A stretch of 64,000 nucleotides of DNA from Armatimonadota bacterium (GTDB lineage: Bacteria; Armatimonadota; UBA10988): positions 1 through 64,000 of the forward strand of contig JACRKZ010000027.1 of the NCBI GenBank assembly GCA_016235455.1, in the 5' to 3' direction. Positions 38,984 to 49,957 of this stretch are shown here, piece after piece (within the stretch, counting starts at the first letter, position 1; each line of letters starts with the position of its first letter). Below the pieces are notes generated by a model, which did not search any database, was not told the DNA's origin, and was given only the letters and a program-made list of their open reading frames with translations. A program made the translations under genes and the position numbers.

Positions 38984-40806
38984 GTCGTCAGGCCAGCGCC
39001 GGCCCAAGAGTCGTCGTCAGCCGCGGGCACGACGATGGTGACCGTGGTGCCCTGATCGACTCCGGCGCTGCTCAGCTCCAGGCGTCCGCCCATCAGGTCC
39101 AGCAGCCCCCGGGCGATCACCAGGCCCAACCCGAGCCCGCCGTGGGACCGCGTGTCGCCGCCCTCGGCCTGGACGAACTTGGCGAACAGGCGATCCTGCT
39201 TGGCGGGATCGATGCCCTCGCCGTTGTCAGTCACGGTGACCAGCACCGAGCCCACCTGCTGAGCGACGCTGACGCGCACGCAACCGCCGCGATGCCCGAA
39301 CTTGACCGCGTTCTCGACGATTTGCACCAACACCTGCCCGAACTTGGCGGCATCGACCACGCCCACCACATCGTCACGCGGCAGTTGGCTGACGAGCTGG
39401 ATGTCTTTGCCCTGAGCCATCACCGCCAACTCGCTGACCGCGGCGGCGACGAGCGGGCCCACCGCTGTCGGACGTGGGTCCACGGTTACCTTGCCGCCAT
39501 CGAGGTCGGTGATCAGCAGGACGTCGAGGATGCGACGCTGTAGCTGCCGACCGCCTTCGGCGATGAAGTGCAGGAACTCGACCTGGCCGGTCGTCGGCGC
39601 GTCGGGCAGGCCGTCGGAGAGCATCTCGGCGTAGCCCAGCATGACCGCCAGCGGCGTGCGCAGTTCGTGGCTGACGTTGCAGAGGAATTCGTTCTTGATC
39701 TGGTCGGCGGCGGCCAGTTCGCGGTTGGCCTGCTCGAGTTCGGCCGCCCGGCGGCGCAGTTCCTGGTTGGCATGGGTCAGTTCGCGACTCTGGCGTACCG
39801 AGAGCGACACATCGCGCAGCACGCCGGCGGCGCCCACGGTCGAGCCGCGGTCGTCAAAGACCAGGCGTGCCTGCACGTCGAGCCAGCGCGTCTTGCCCTG
39901 GCGCACGACGAACGGCATGGTCTGCCGGCCGACCACGCTGCCCCGCGGCACCAGCGCCTCCAGCCCGTCGCCCAGCCGTTTGCGGTGCTCGGGCTGCACG
40001 TAGCTGATGGCGCGTTGGCCGAGCGCGCTGGCCACGGGCGCGCCGAACGTCTCCTGCCAGGCCGCGTTGAGGTAGGTCCAGCGGCCGGTGGTATCGGTGC
40101 GGAAGATGATGTCGCGCGTGTCGTTGAGCAGACTGCGCACGCCAGCCATGCGCTCGGCGTTGTCGATAGCCACGGCCAGCGGCTCGGCGATGCGTCGCGC
40201 GGTGGGCAGGCCGGGCAGGTCCCGCGCGCCGCGACCGGTGCCGCCCAGCACCAGCACGCCCACTAGGGTCGGCCCGATGGCCAGGGGCAGCGCCATCCAG
40301 GCCTTGCCGCCGGCGCCCTCATTCTGGTGCGCCACGAACGGCCGCGTCGCCCAGGGCGCGTCGGCGATGGGGATCAGCGGCAGTTCGTCGGTGCCGTCGG
40401 GCAGACTCGCGCCGTCGTGGCTCAGGCTCAGCGGCGCGCTGACCGGGCTGCCGTTGAGCCCATGGGCGGCGAGCCGGATGAGGTAGTCGTGCCGCTTGAC
40501 GTAGATGCAGCCAAAGTCCAGGCCGAGGTGCTCGAGCGTGCGTTCCAGGCAGTGTGAAACGGTGCCATCGACCGACAGACCGTCGCGCACGGCGGCCGCC
40601 ATGGTGCGCAGCGCCGCCAGTTCGAGCCGGTCTGTCTCGGCGCGTGAGTCGCCACCGCCTCCACCAGAAGGCGCTGCCCCAGGCCGTACAGGCCCCATCT
40701 CTCGCGGGATCAGTTCCGCCAAGGTAATTCCTGAAGCCTGGCCGACAGCCACTCGAAGTAGACGCCGGCGCAGGCCCACGGCGCACTGACGCGTCTGCGC
40801 CGGCAT
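38980..40806 (-). CDS. Cytoplasmic GAF-PAS sensor histidine kinase (start uncertain, possibly ATG 40698)
   Basis: GAF-like region, PAS, FLCNVSHELRTPL, NAVKF, DNGEGI and GLGLGL. Confidence 0.88.
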   Translation of the reverse strand: MPAQTRQCAVGLRRRLLRVAVGQASGITLAELIPREMGPVRPGAAPSGGGGGDSRAETDRLELAALRTMAAAVRDGLSVDGTVSHCLERTLEHLGLDFGCIYVKRHDYLIRLAAHGLNGSPVSAPLSLSHDGASLPDGTDELPLIPIADAPWATRPFVAHQNEGAGGKAWMALPLAIGPTLVGVLVLGGTGRGARDLPGLPTARRIAEPLAVAIDNAERMAGVRSLLNDTRDIIFRTDTTGRWTYLNAAWQETFGAPVASALGQRAISYVQPEHRKRLGDGLEALVPRGSVVGRQTMPFVVRQGKTRWLDVQARLVFDDRGSTVGAAGVLRDVSLSVRQSRELTHANQELRRRAAELEQANRELAAADQIKNEFLCNVSHELRTPLAVMLGYAEMLSDGLPDAPTTGQVEFLHFIAEGGRQLQRRILDVLLITDLDGGKVTVDPRPTAVGPLVAAAVSELAVMAQGKDIQLVSQLPRDDVVGVVDAAKFGQVLVQIVENAVKFGHRGGCVRVSVAQQVGSVLVTVTDNGEGIDPAKQDRLFAKFVQAEGGDTRSHGGLGLGLVIARGLLDLMGGRLELSSAGVDQGTTVTIVVPAADDDSWAGAGLTT

Positions 40807-40822
40807 ACCGCACGTTGTCTTT

Positions 40823-40849
40823 ACATCGGCCAGCCGCCGCCGCGCTTAA
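40823..40849 (-). promoter_or_regulatory. Sigma28-like promoter for the kinase gene
   Basis: TTAA-N15-GCCGATGT. Confidence 0.6.
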
Positions 40850-40854
40850 GCCGC

Positions 40855-42474
40855 CTATGTCCCAGCAGACGCCGATTCGAGCCGCCCGGCCTCGCGCCGC
40901 AGTTCCGCCAATTGCCGTTGCTGGCTGTGCAGCGCCTCCAGCCGCGTGCTCAGCCGGCCCACCAGCCGGCCGCGCAGGCCGGCGTCGACGGCCTCGCCGA
41001 CGAACTCACTGACCTGCCCCAGAAAGCGGCGCGCACGGCGCTTGACCACGCCCAGGATCTGCCACGGGGGCACCTGCGCGGCACGATGCGCCATCCAGGC
41101 CATCCAGTAGTCGGCCACCGCCCAGCCCGGCACGCCCAGCAGCACCAGCAGCGTGGGCACATTGAGGGTCAGCGACAGGATTCGCGCGCCTGCGCTGAGC
41201 CGCTGTCCGGCGCCCTGCAGGGCCCGGCCCAGCGCACCGCGCAAGCTGTCGTCCAGCCCGGCGGCGGCGGCCCGCAGCGCCGCGGTATCGGGCTTGGCCC
41301 AGTCGCCGGTGGCGCAGGCCAGACCCAGGTCGACCGCGCGCGCGGCGTGCCGTGCCTGCCAGGCCAGCAGCCGGTCGGACAGTGCGGCAGACTCGTCGGC
41401 GCCAACCGCCAACTCCAGCGCCGGCGCCTCCGACACCTCCCACAGCCGCGGGTAGTGCGGCGAGAAGACCGCGCGCAGGCCATAGAGCGCCGCCAGCAGA
41501 GCACCCACCGGCCCGCCGAAGCCGAAGCCCAGCCAGTATTCGACATGGCGTGTGAGCCGCGGGTCGGCGTGCAGGCGGGTAGCCAGCCGGCCAGTCAGTT
41601 CGGCGGCCAGGCGCCGGTAGTCGGCCTCCGCCTCGTCGCGCCACAGCCGCAGCCGCTCGTCCAGGTCGCTGGGCACCTGGGCCGCCGCGGCGTCGAGCCA
41701 GCCCGTCACCGCCGCCAGCAAGTTCTCGGCCTTGAGCGCGCGCACCTGCTTGGCGTCCAGTTCCTCAGCCAGCAGGCGCGACAGCTTGCCAAACCCGGCA
41801 TCGTCCTCGCCGGCGGCGGCACGTTTGGCCGAGAGCGTCAGCAGCGGGCTGGCGCCGAGGCCCAACTCGCCCAGCCGCCGTCGCAGATCGTCGCGCACGG
41901 CGGGCTCGATGCCCTCGTCGGCGCGGTTGAGCACCACCACCACCCGCCGCCCGAGGCGATAGCGCGCCAGCCAGCCGGCATCGGCCAGGTCAGCGTACTT
42001 CTGCGCCGTGGTCACCCAGACGACCACATCCGCGAGCTTGAGCGCGGTCTCCATGACGGCCCAGTGGTCGCGGTCGAGGCTGTCGTAGTCGGGTGTGTCC
42101 AGGATGATCTTGTCGCGCAGCTCGGCACGCTCGTGGGTGGCCACGCGGCCCGCGGCCACCTGCGGCGCCAGCATCAGCTCGTTGGCCGCATGCACATACG
42201 CGGTCAGGGCGCTGGTCGTAGGCCGTACCGCCGAGGCCGGCGCGATGCTCTCGCCGGCCAGGGCGTTGAGCAGCGTGGACTTGCCCACGCCGGTACCGCC
42301 CACCAGTACCACATACAGCGGGCAGCGCAACTGCTCGCGCTGGGTGGTGACCGCGTCGAGCCGTGCGGCCAGGGCGCGGCGCGCCGGCTCGTCGGGCAAC
42401 AGGCTGGTCTCGGCCAGCCAGGTGCGGCTCGCGGACAGCAGGGCATCGACCCCAGCCGCGTCCAACTCGGGCAT
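40855..42474 (-). CDS. Dynamin-like (YfjP/RsgA-clan) P-loop GTPase B
   Basis: G1 GGTGVGKS, G2 RPTT, G3 DTPDYDS, QKYAD and G4 NRAD. Helical C-terminus with a hydrophobic segment. Confidence 0.8.
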   Translation of the reverse strand: MPELDAAGVDALLSASRTWLAETSLLPDEPARRALAARLDAVTTQREQLRCPLYVVLVGGTGVGKSTLLNALAGESIAPASAVRPTTSALTAYVHAANELMLAPQVAAGRVATHERAELRDKIILDTPDYDSLDRDHWAVMETALKLADVVVWVTTAQKYADLADAGWLARYRLGRRVVVVLNRADEGIEPAVRDDLRRRLGELGLGASPLLTLSAKRAAAGEDDAGFGKLSRLLAEELDAKQVRALKAENLLAAVTGWLDAAAAQVPSDLDERLRLWRDEAEADYRRLAAELTGRLATRLHADPRLTRHVEYWLGFGFGGPVGALLAALYGLRAVFSPHYPRLWEVSEAPALELAVGADESAALSDRLLAWQARHAARAVDLGLACATGDWAKPDTAALRAAAAGLDDSLRGALGRALQGAGQRLSAGARILSLTLNVPTLLVLLGVPGWAVADYWMAWMAHRAAQVPPWQILGVVKRRARRFLGQVSEFVGEAVDAGLRGRLVGRLSTRLEALHSQQRQLAELRREAGRLESASAGT

Positions 42475-42476
42475 GG

Positions 42477-44207
42477 CTACGCCTCCTCTTTCGCTAACGC
42501 TGCCACCTGGTCACGAAGTGCCTCGGCGAAGCCGGCTCGGTGCGACGGCGGCAACGAGTCGAGCACCGGCGCGATCGCCGTGCGTTCCAGCCAGGTGCGT
42601 AGCGCGGCGCGCCGGCGCGAGTCCACCTCGGCCTCCAGCTGGCGCCGCCAGGTGTCGCCGAGCACTTTGTCCAGGAAGGCCTTGGTCAGCGCGTCGGCCA
42701 GCGGCGCCACGGCCAGGTCGTGGGCGCCCACCTGGCCCGTATGCAGCGCCACCACCACGGACACGGCCATGGTCGCCGTGCGGGTCACCGCCTTGAAGCC
42801 GCGGATGATCGTGCCCTTGGTCTGCAGGTCGGCCACGATGCGCGCCTTGGCGTCGTCGATGATGGCGCGCCGGGCCGTCTCCACCTCGCCGAGCCAGCCG
42901 AACACGGTCTCCTCGAGCGGATTGCCGACCAGGTCGGGCAAGCGCGCCAGCAGCGGCCCGCGCAGCTCCGCGGGACACGACTGCAGGTCGCGCCGCAGGG
43001 CCGCCAGCACCTCTGAGAGCAGCCGCCGCACCTGGTCGCGCTCGCGGCTCAGCCGCTCGGTCTCCACATCCTCGGCAGTGCGCAGCGGCCGGCCCAGCAG
43101 ATTGCCCAGCCGGTGGCCAAAGAGCCGCGCGCCGAGCCTCATACGCCGGCCCACCAGGCCCAGTTGCTCATAGACCCAATCGAGGCCTGGCACGCGCAGC
43201 TCGGCCAGCGCCTCCAGCACGGCCTGGTCCAGGTCGTCGGGGTCGAGCACGTGCGGCAGATAGTCGCGAGCCGCATCGGCCACGGCTTCGCCCGCGCGCT
43301 GCTCCCAGGCCGCCACCTGTCCGCGCTCGGCCTCCAGCGGCGCCAGGGCGGACTCCAACTCGTCGGCCAGACCCAGCGCCGCGCCGCGCGCCGAGCGCTT
43401 GACCAGCTCCGGCCCCGCCGCGGCCAGCCCGTCCAGCGCCGCGCGCAGCTCGCCCACGCTGGGCGGCGGCGGCACGCTGCCGTCGATGATGCCGGGTATG
43501 TTGAGCCACGGCAGCGCCAGCACCGCGGCCGGCTCCGTGACGCCAGCCCCCGGCAGCTTCACGGCCGAGAAGTCGGCGAAGGCCTGGCCATCGCGCTCGC
43601 CGCGGTCCAGCACGGCCAGCACCGGCTTGGTGAACCGCATCGCGCGGCGCAGGTACTCGACGCAGGCCTCATCGGCATACTTCTGCTCGCTGGTCACATA
43701 CAGCAGCGCATCGGCCAGGTAGAACAGGTCCTCGGCCTCACGCTCGTTGAATCGTCGCACGGAGTCGATGTCAGGCGTGTCCGCCAGGGCCACATCCGGC
43801 CCGCTGTCGCGCAGATGCAGATAGAGCCGCGGCTGGTCGTCGTCGAACGGCTCGTTGATCTCGTCGGGCGAGTGCCAGGCCAGCTTGCGCCAGCCAGGCA
43901 GGAAGCCGGGGTCGAGCAGCGCGTCGGCCCAGCTCCGCCGCACGCTCAGAGCGACCGCCTTGGTGCCCACGGGCGTCGGGCAGTCGCGCGACACGGTCTG
44001 CCCGAGCAGCAGGTTGAAGATGGTCGACTTGCCCACGTTGGTGCCGCCCAGCAGCACCACCAGCGGCGGCCGCGCGCGGCGCGCGGCGTCGCGGAAACGG
44101 CAGTCGTAGAGCCGGCGCAGACGGTCGAGCGCGGCCCAGCGCTCGGGGCAGAGCGCCGGTTCGGCCAGGTAGGCCAGTTGGTCGATCAGCGCGGCCAGGT
44201 CTGCCAT
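42477..44207 (-). CDS. Dynamin-like P-loop GTPase A
   Basis: G1 GGTNVGKS, G3 DTPDIDS, QKYAD and a degenerate G4 (DRGE). Long helical C-terminus. Confidence 0.8.
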   Translation of the reverse strand: MADLAALIDQLAYLAEPALCPERWAALDRLRRLYDCRFRDAARRARPPLVVLLGGTNVGKSTIFNLLLGQTVSRDCPTPVGTKAVALSVRRSWADALLDPGFLPGWRKLAWHSPDEINEPFDDDQPRLYLHLRDSGPDVALADTPDIDSVRRFNEREAEDLFYLADALLYVTSEQKYADEACVEYLRRAMRFTKPVLAVLDRGERDGQAFADFSAVKLPGAGVTEPAAVLALPWLNIPGIIDGSVPPPPSVGELRAALDGLAAAGPELVKRSARGAALGLADELESALAPLEAERGQVAAWEQRAGEAVADAARDYLPHVLDPDDLDQAVLEALAELRVPGLDWVYEQLGLVGRRMRLGARLFGHRLGNLLGRPLRTAEDVETERLSRERDQVRRLLSEVLAALRRDLQSCPAELRGPLLARLPDLVGNPLEETVFGWLGEVETARRAIIDDAKARIVADLQTKGTIIRGFKAVTRTATMAVSVVVALHTGQVGAHDLAVAPLADALTKAFLDKVLGDTWRRQLEAEVDSRRRAALRTWLERTAIAPVLDSLPPSHRAGFAEALRDQVAALAKEEA

Positions 44208-44209
44208 GG

Positions 44210-44950
44210 TCACCAATCCTGTTTGTCACTCGACCCATAGAGCCCGCGGAACTGCCGGTCGGCATCTTCGGCCTCGCGCGCGGCGGCGCCGTCGCGCGGC
44301 CTCATGCGCAGCAGGCTACGGTCGGTGCGTTCGTCGGCGTCCAGCTGCGACAGTTTGCGCTCGGTGGCCTGCGGGTCGTTGGACTCCGGCTTCGGCTGCT
44401 GCTCGTCGCCCTGCTTGAGGCCCGGCTGTGGTTGCGGCTGCGACTGCGGTTGCGGTTGCGGCTGGGGCGGCGGCGGATCGCCGGGCTGGTTGCGCGGCTT
44501 GTCTGGTGGATCGTCGGGCGGCTTGCGTTGCAGCCGACGACGACAGACGCTCAGGTTGTGCTGTGCGTCGGCATCCGCCGGATCGAGCCGCAGCGCCTGC
44601 TCATAGGCCTCGGCGGCGGCCTCCAACTGGCCCAGGGCGAACAGCGCGTTGCCGCGGTTGTAGTGCGCCTGGGCGCCGAGCTTGGGGTCGTCGGTGCGCA
44701 CCTTGGCCAGCGTCTCGGCGGCGGCCAGCGCATCTCCAGCGGCCAGTTGACTGGTGCCCTGGTTGTACAGCGCCTGGGGCTGGTCGCCAGCGGCCCGCGC
44801 GGCCTGCTCATAGGCTGATCTGGCACCGGGCCAGTCGCCGCGCTGCCAGGCATCGCGGCCGTCACGGCTCAGCCGGCTGACGGTCCAGGGCAGGCTGAAC
44901 GCGGTCAGCCAGGGCAGCAGCATCAGCAGCATGGGTCGCATGACCTTCAT
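44210..44950 (-). CDS. batC: BatC-like TPR protein
   Basis: TPRs ALYNQG and AHYNRGN..YEQALRLDP.DADAQHN; Q/P-rich tail ending KQDW. Confidence 0.82.
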   Translation of the reverse strand: MKVMRPMLLMLLPWLTAFSLPWTVSRLSRDGRDAWQRGDWPGARSAYEQAARAAGDQPQALYNQGTSQLAAGDALAAAETLAKVRTDDPKLGAQAHYNRGNALFALGQLEAAAEAYEQALRLDPADADAQHNLSVCRRRLQRKPPDDPPDKPRNQPGDPPPPQPQPQPQSQPQPQPGLKQGDEQQPKPESNDPQATERKLSQLDADERTDRSLLRMRPRDGAAAREAEDADRQFRGLYGSSDKQDW

Positions 44951-46041
44951 GGTCGGCGCCTCCGCGGCCGCCAGCGCACCAGCGGCTCGGCGAACAGCAG
45001 CAGCAACGCCGGCAGCAGGTACCAGACATACAACTCCTCGCGCATCTCCAGTGAACGGCGCGACACGCCGCGGCCGGTGCCCGACTGCACCTCGCGCAGC
45101 ACGTCCTGCAACCGGTCGGGCGAGTCGGCTCGGTAGTAGCGCCCACCGGTCACGCGCGCCACTTCGCGCAGTGTGTCCTCATCGAGCCGGCTGATCACCT
45201 CGCTGCCTCGCCAGCGCAGGCCCACGCTGCGGCCGAGGATGTCGGTGCCCGCGGGCACCACATCGCCCTGCGCCGTGCCGACGCCTACGCAGTGCACGAC
45301 GATGCCACGCCGGCGCGCCTCCTTGGCGGCGGCGATGACATCCGATTCGTGGCTCTCCCCGTCGGTCAGCACCACGATGGCCTGGCCGCCGCGGTTGCCG
45401 TCGACGAAGGTCTCCAGCGCCGTGGCCAGCGCCGTGCCCAGTGCCGTGCCCGGCTGCGTCACGCTCTTGCGGTCTACTCCGTCGATGATGCCGCGCAGAA
45501 TGTCGTGGTCGAGCGTGAACGGGCAAAGCACATCGGCGTTGCCCGCGAAGACCAGCAGCCCCAGCCGGTCACCAAGGCTCGTACCGACCAGGTTCCCCAG
45601 CAGTCGCTTGGCCGCCGTCAGCCGGGCCTCGCCGTTCATGTCGCGCGTGCTCATCGAGCGGCTGACGTCCAGGCAGATCATCAGGTCCACGCCGTCGGCA
45701 TCGACGCTGGCCTCCACCAGCCGGCCCTTGGGTCGCGCCGCGGCCAGCACGATGAGCGTCAGCGCGCCGACCAGCATGGCCCCGCGCAGCACCGCCGCAC
45801 CGGTCAGCGAGGGCACGCCCATGGCCGACTGCAGACCGGGCTCGGCGAACCGTCGGCGCGCCGCGCGGCGGCGCCTCTGCTCGACCCACAGCAGCAGCGC
45901 CAGGCTGCTGGCCATGACCAGGCCGGCCAGCGCGCCGGGCCGCGCGAAGGCCATGGTGCGCGAGCCAGCCAGCCAGACCGCCACGCTGCCCAGCGCGAGC
46001 AGAGCCAGTCCTTGCCACAGGCGACGGCGCGTGCTGATCAT
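44947..46041 (-). CDS. batB: BatB-like VWA membrane protein
   Basis: MIDAS DVSRSM, GDRLGLLVFAG, LTDGESHE, GVGT and SRLDE..L. Confidence 0.85.
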   Translation of the reverse strand: MISTRRRLWQGLALLALGSVAVWLAGSRTMAFARPGALAGLVMASSLALLLWVEQRRRRAARRRFAEPGLQSAMGVPSLTGAAVLRGAMLVGALTLIVLAAARPKGRLVEASVDADGVDLMICLDVSRSMSTRDMNGEARLTAAKRLLGNLVGTSLGDRLGLLVFAGNADVLCPFTLDHDILRGIIDGVDRKSVTQPGTALGTALATALETFVDGNRGGQAIVVLTDGESHESDVIAAAKEARRRGIVVHCVGVGTAQGDVVPAGTDILGRSVGLRWRGSEVISRLDEDTLREVARVTGGRYYRADSPDRLQDVLREVQSGTGRGVSRRSLEMREELYVWYLLPALLLLFAEPLVRWRPRRRRP

Positions 46042-47096
46042 CACACCTCCACCCGCAGCCACGTCGCCCGCAGCAACAGCTCGGCCAGCAGCACCAGGGC
46101 GGCCAACATCAGCACCTGCGCGAAGCGCTCCTCCTGGCGCACGGCGTTGGTCACCTCGAACTCGCTCTTCTCCAGCCGCGCGATGCGCTGGTAGATGCGG
46201 TCGAGGCCCTCGGCGTCGGTGGCGCGATAGTACTCGCCGCCAGTGGCGCGGGCTACGTCGCGCAGCTCGCCTTCCTCCATGCGGGTCACATACAGCGACT
46301 GGTCCTCGTTGGTCATGAAGCCTTCGCGACCGTCATCCATGATCACCGGCACCGGCGCGCCAGCCAGGCTGCCCACGCCGACGCAGTGCACCCGCACCCC
46401 GGCGCGTTTGGCGGCTTCGGCGGCTTCGGACGGCGAGATCAGCCCGGCGTTGCTCTCGCCATCGGTGAGCAGCACCACCACGCGACTGTGCGTCCGCGAC
46501 TCCGTGCCCTCCTCGGGCGTGGCCAGGCGGTTGAGGCAGACGCCCAACGCATCGCCCACCGCCGTGCCCTGCGCGTCAACCATGTGCACGCGACAGCGCT
46601 CGACCAGGTCGGAGACCACGGCGTGGTCCGTGGTCAGCGGGCAGAGCGTGAACGCGCGGCCGCCGAACACCACCAGGCCGACGCGGTCGGTCTGCGACTT
46701 GCGCAGGAACTGCCGTACCGCGGTCTTGGCGGCCTCGACGCGGTTGGGCTGGATGTCGCGGGCCAGCATGCTCAGCGACACATCGACCGCGAGCATGATG
46801 TCCACGCCCTTCTGGCGCACCTTCTGCGTTTCGCGGCCGAGTTGTGGCCGGGCCAGGGCGATGATCAGCAGCACGAGCACGGCGCTGCGCAGCGCATTGG
46901 GCAGCCAGGCCAGTCGTTGCCGCGGGCTCGCGGGCAGCGCGCCGACCCAGGCCACCGCCGGCAGGTGCCAGCCACCGTCGGCGTCCATGCGCCGATGCAG
47001 CAGCCACAGCCAGGCCGGCAGCAGCGCCAGCATCAGCAACGCCCATGGCTGCGCCAGCCGCAACCCAGGCGCCAGGGCCGACAGGTCGAGGCTCAT
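46041..47096 (-). CDS. batA: BatA-like VWA membrane protein
   Basis: IALARPQ, GVDIMLAVDVSLSM, PNRVEAAK, PLTTD, LLTDGESNAG and I..LEK. Confidence 0.88.
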   Translation of the reverse strand: MSLDLSALAPGLRLAQPWALLMLALLPAWLWLLHRRMDADGGWHLPAVAWVGALPASPRQRLAWLPNALRSAVLVLLIIALARPQLGRETQKVRQKGVDIMLAVDVSLSMLARDIQPNRVEAAKTAVRQFLRKSQTDRVGLVVFGGRAFTLCPLTTDHAVVSDLVERCRVHMVDAQGTAVGDALGVCLNRLATPEEGTESRTHSRVVVLLTDGESNAGLISPSEAAEAAKRAGVRVHCVGVGSLAGAPVPVIMDDGREGFMTNEDQSLYVTRMEEGELRDVARATGGEYYRATDAEGLDRIYQRIARLEKSEFEVTNAVRQEERFAQVLMLAALVLLAELLLRATWLRVEV

Positions 47097-48010
47097 GGCG
47101 CGCTCTCCGCCAGCGCCGCAACCAGCGCGCGCGCCGCCTCGAGCAGGGCTGTCATCTCCTCGGGCGTCGGCCGATAGGCGGCGAACTTCTCCAGATCGCA
47201 GCCGTACAGCACGCGCCGGCACAGCGCCACGTCACCCGCGGGCACTTGGCAGTCTTCCAGGCGCCAGGCGATCTCACTGGTGGTCGACACCTCGGCCTGC
47301 ACGGCGAAGTCATCCTGCAAATAGGCCCGCACAATGCGCGACAGGCGCACATGCCAGATGTCCACCTGGCCATCGACGGGCAGGCCCGCGGCGGCCAGTT
47401 CCGCCAGCCGCGCCAGGGCCACGGCCTTGGCGCTGGGTCGCGGCTCGGGCTCTGGCGCCACCACCACCAGCGGCGGCGGCGGCCGGCGCCGGCGCGCCCG
47501 CACGGCGGCGACCAGCAGGCCGAACAGGCAGAGCCCGGCGGCGCCGAGGCACCAGGCGAGCAGCGGGTCGGGCACTTCCACCGGCGGCTTGGGCCCGCGG
47601 ATATCGTCATCGGCATCGGCCGGCCGCACGCGCAGCGCCACTCGGGGCGATGCCTCGGCGCGGCGCTGGCCGTCGGCCGCGTCCTGCCAGATGACGCTGA
47701 ACGGCGCGATGAGCAGTTCGCCGGTCAGGCTGGGCGTCAGCCGGTAGCGGTAGGTGTAGAGCGCGGCGTTGGGCGTGTCCACGCGCTGCGGATCGCCCAC
47801 GGGCACCGCCTCGAACCCACCGAAATCGGGCGGTGTGGGCTCGAAGGGGCCGACCCGCCCGCTCTGCGCGGTGACCACAGCCTCGTAGGTGACGCTCTCA
47901 CCGACGGCGCATTCGGTAGGGGTGACCGAGGCGTTGATGGTCAGGGCCCCATCCTGGGCCCAGGATGGCAGGCACCAGAGCACCAACGCCAGGACCACCC
48001 GCCTCATCAC
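47093..48010 (-). CDS. BatD-like single-pass membrane protein
   Basis: Signal peptide, Ig-like N-terminus, DI..PK.P before the TM, and LS.I.R.YL...A..STT.E and DL.KFA. Confidence 0.75.
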   Translation of the reverse strand: MMRRVVLALVLWCLPSWAQDGALTINASVTPTECAVGESVTYEAVVTAQSGRVGPFEPTPPDFGGFEAVPVGDPQRVDTPNAALYTYRYRLTPSLTGELLIAPFSVIWQDAADGQRRAEASPRVALRVRPADADDDIRGPKPPVEVPDPLLAWCLGAAGLCLFGLLVAAVRARRRRPPPPLVVVAPEPEPRPSAKAVALARLAELAAAGLPVDGQVDIWHVRLSRIVRAYLQDDFAVQAEVSTTSEIAWRLEDCQVPAGDVALCRRVLYGCDLEKFAAYRPTPEEMTALLEAARALVAALAESAP

Positions 48011-48926
48011 ACTCCTTGTCGCAGATAGCGCGCGCGCCGCCGGAAGAAGGCCAACAGCGGCTCCACCAGCGGCCGATCAGTAACCAGGTCGATGCGGTCC
48101 ACCTCGGCGCGACGCAGTTGCTCGACCAACTCGCGGTCGGCCTGAGCCAGCCGCTGCGCGATGGCCGCGCGGGTCGCCGCGTGGGCCAGATCCACCAGGC
48201 GCGTACGGCCACTCTCGGGGTCTTCCAGCCGCCAGAGGCCGTCGGCCGGCAGCGTCTCGGGCGCAGCTTCGCTGCGATCCCTAACGTTGACCGCCACCAG
48301 ATCGTGCCTTCTGGCCAGCAAACGTAACTGCCGCGCGGTCTCGGGGGTCAGCCCGCCCAGGTAGTCCGACACGGCGAACACGGTGCCGCGCCGACGCATG
48401 AGCCGGCCGACGGTCTCCAGGCCCAGGTCGAGCCGGGTGCCGCGCGTGGTCGGCTCGTGGCAGAGCAGTTCGTGCAGCAGCCGCAGAATGTGGCGGCGGC
48501 CCTTCTTGGGCGGGATGATGCGTTCCGCCGACTCGCCACACAACACCAGCCCGACGCTGTCGTTGTTGCTGATGGCGGCAAACGCGATGGCCGCCGCGAA
48601 CTCGGCGGCCAGATGGCGCTTGAGCCGGCCCGCGGTGCCGAACCGCATCGACGCCGACATATCCACCAGCAGCATCACCGTGAGCTGGCGTTCCTCGGCA
48701 TAGAGCTTGACGAATGGCCGACCCAGTCGCGCCGTGGCGTTGTGGTCGATGAGCCTGATGTCGTCGCCCGGCACGTACTCGCGGATCTGGGCGAACTCGA
48801 TGCCGTGGCCCTTGAAGACGCTGTGGTAGCTGCCGGCGAATTGCTCGGCCACCAGCCGGCGCGCGGTGATCTCCAAGCGGCGAATGCGCCGCCAGAGATC
48901 GAGTGGGGTCTCGGACGGCTCACTGC

Positions 48927-48930
<4 letters not shown>
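48007..48930 (-). CDS. DUF58 family protein
   Basis: GSYHSVFKGHGIEFAQIREYVPGDDIRLID.N.TAR, VDMSASM.FG and SDY. GTG start overlaps the moxR stop. Confidence 0.9.
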
Positions 48931-49913
<983 letters not shown>

Positions 49914-49957
49914 TTCCGCTCCCGTGTCCTGCGGACGTGGACGTCCGCGCGCCCTGG

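Noticed and set aside
44428-44475. Microsatellite-like GGTTGC/GGCTGC repeats
   Set aside because: They encode the ordinary PQ-rich low-complexity tail typical of BatC proteins.
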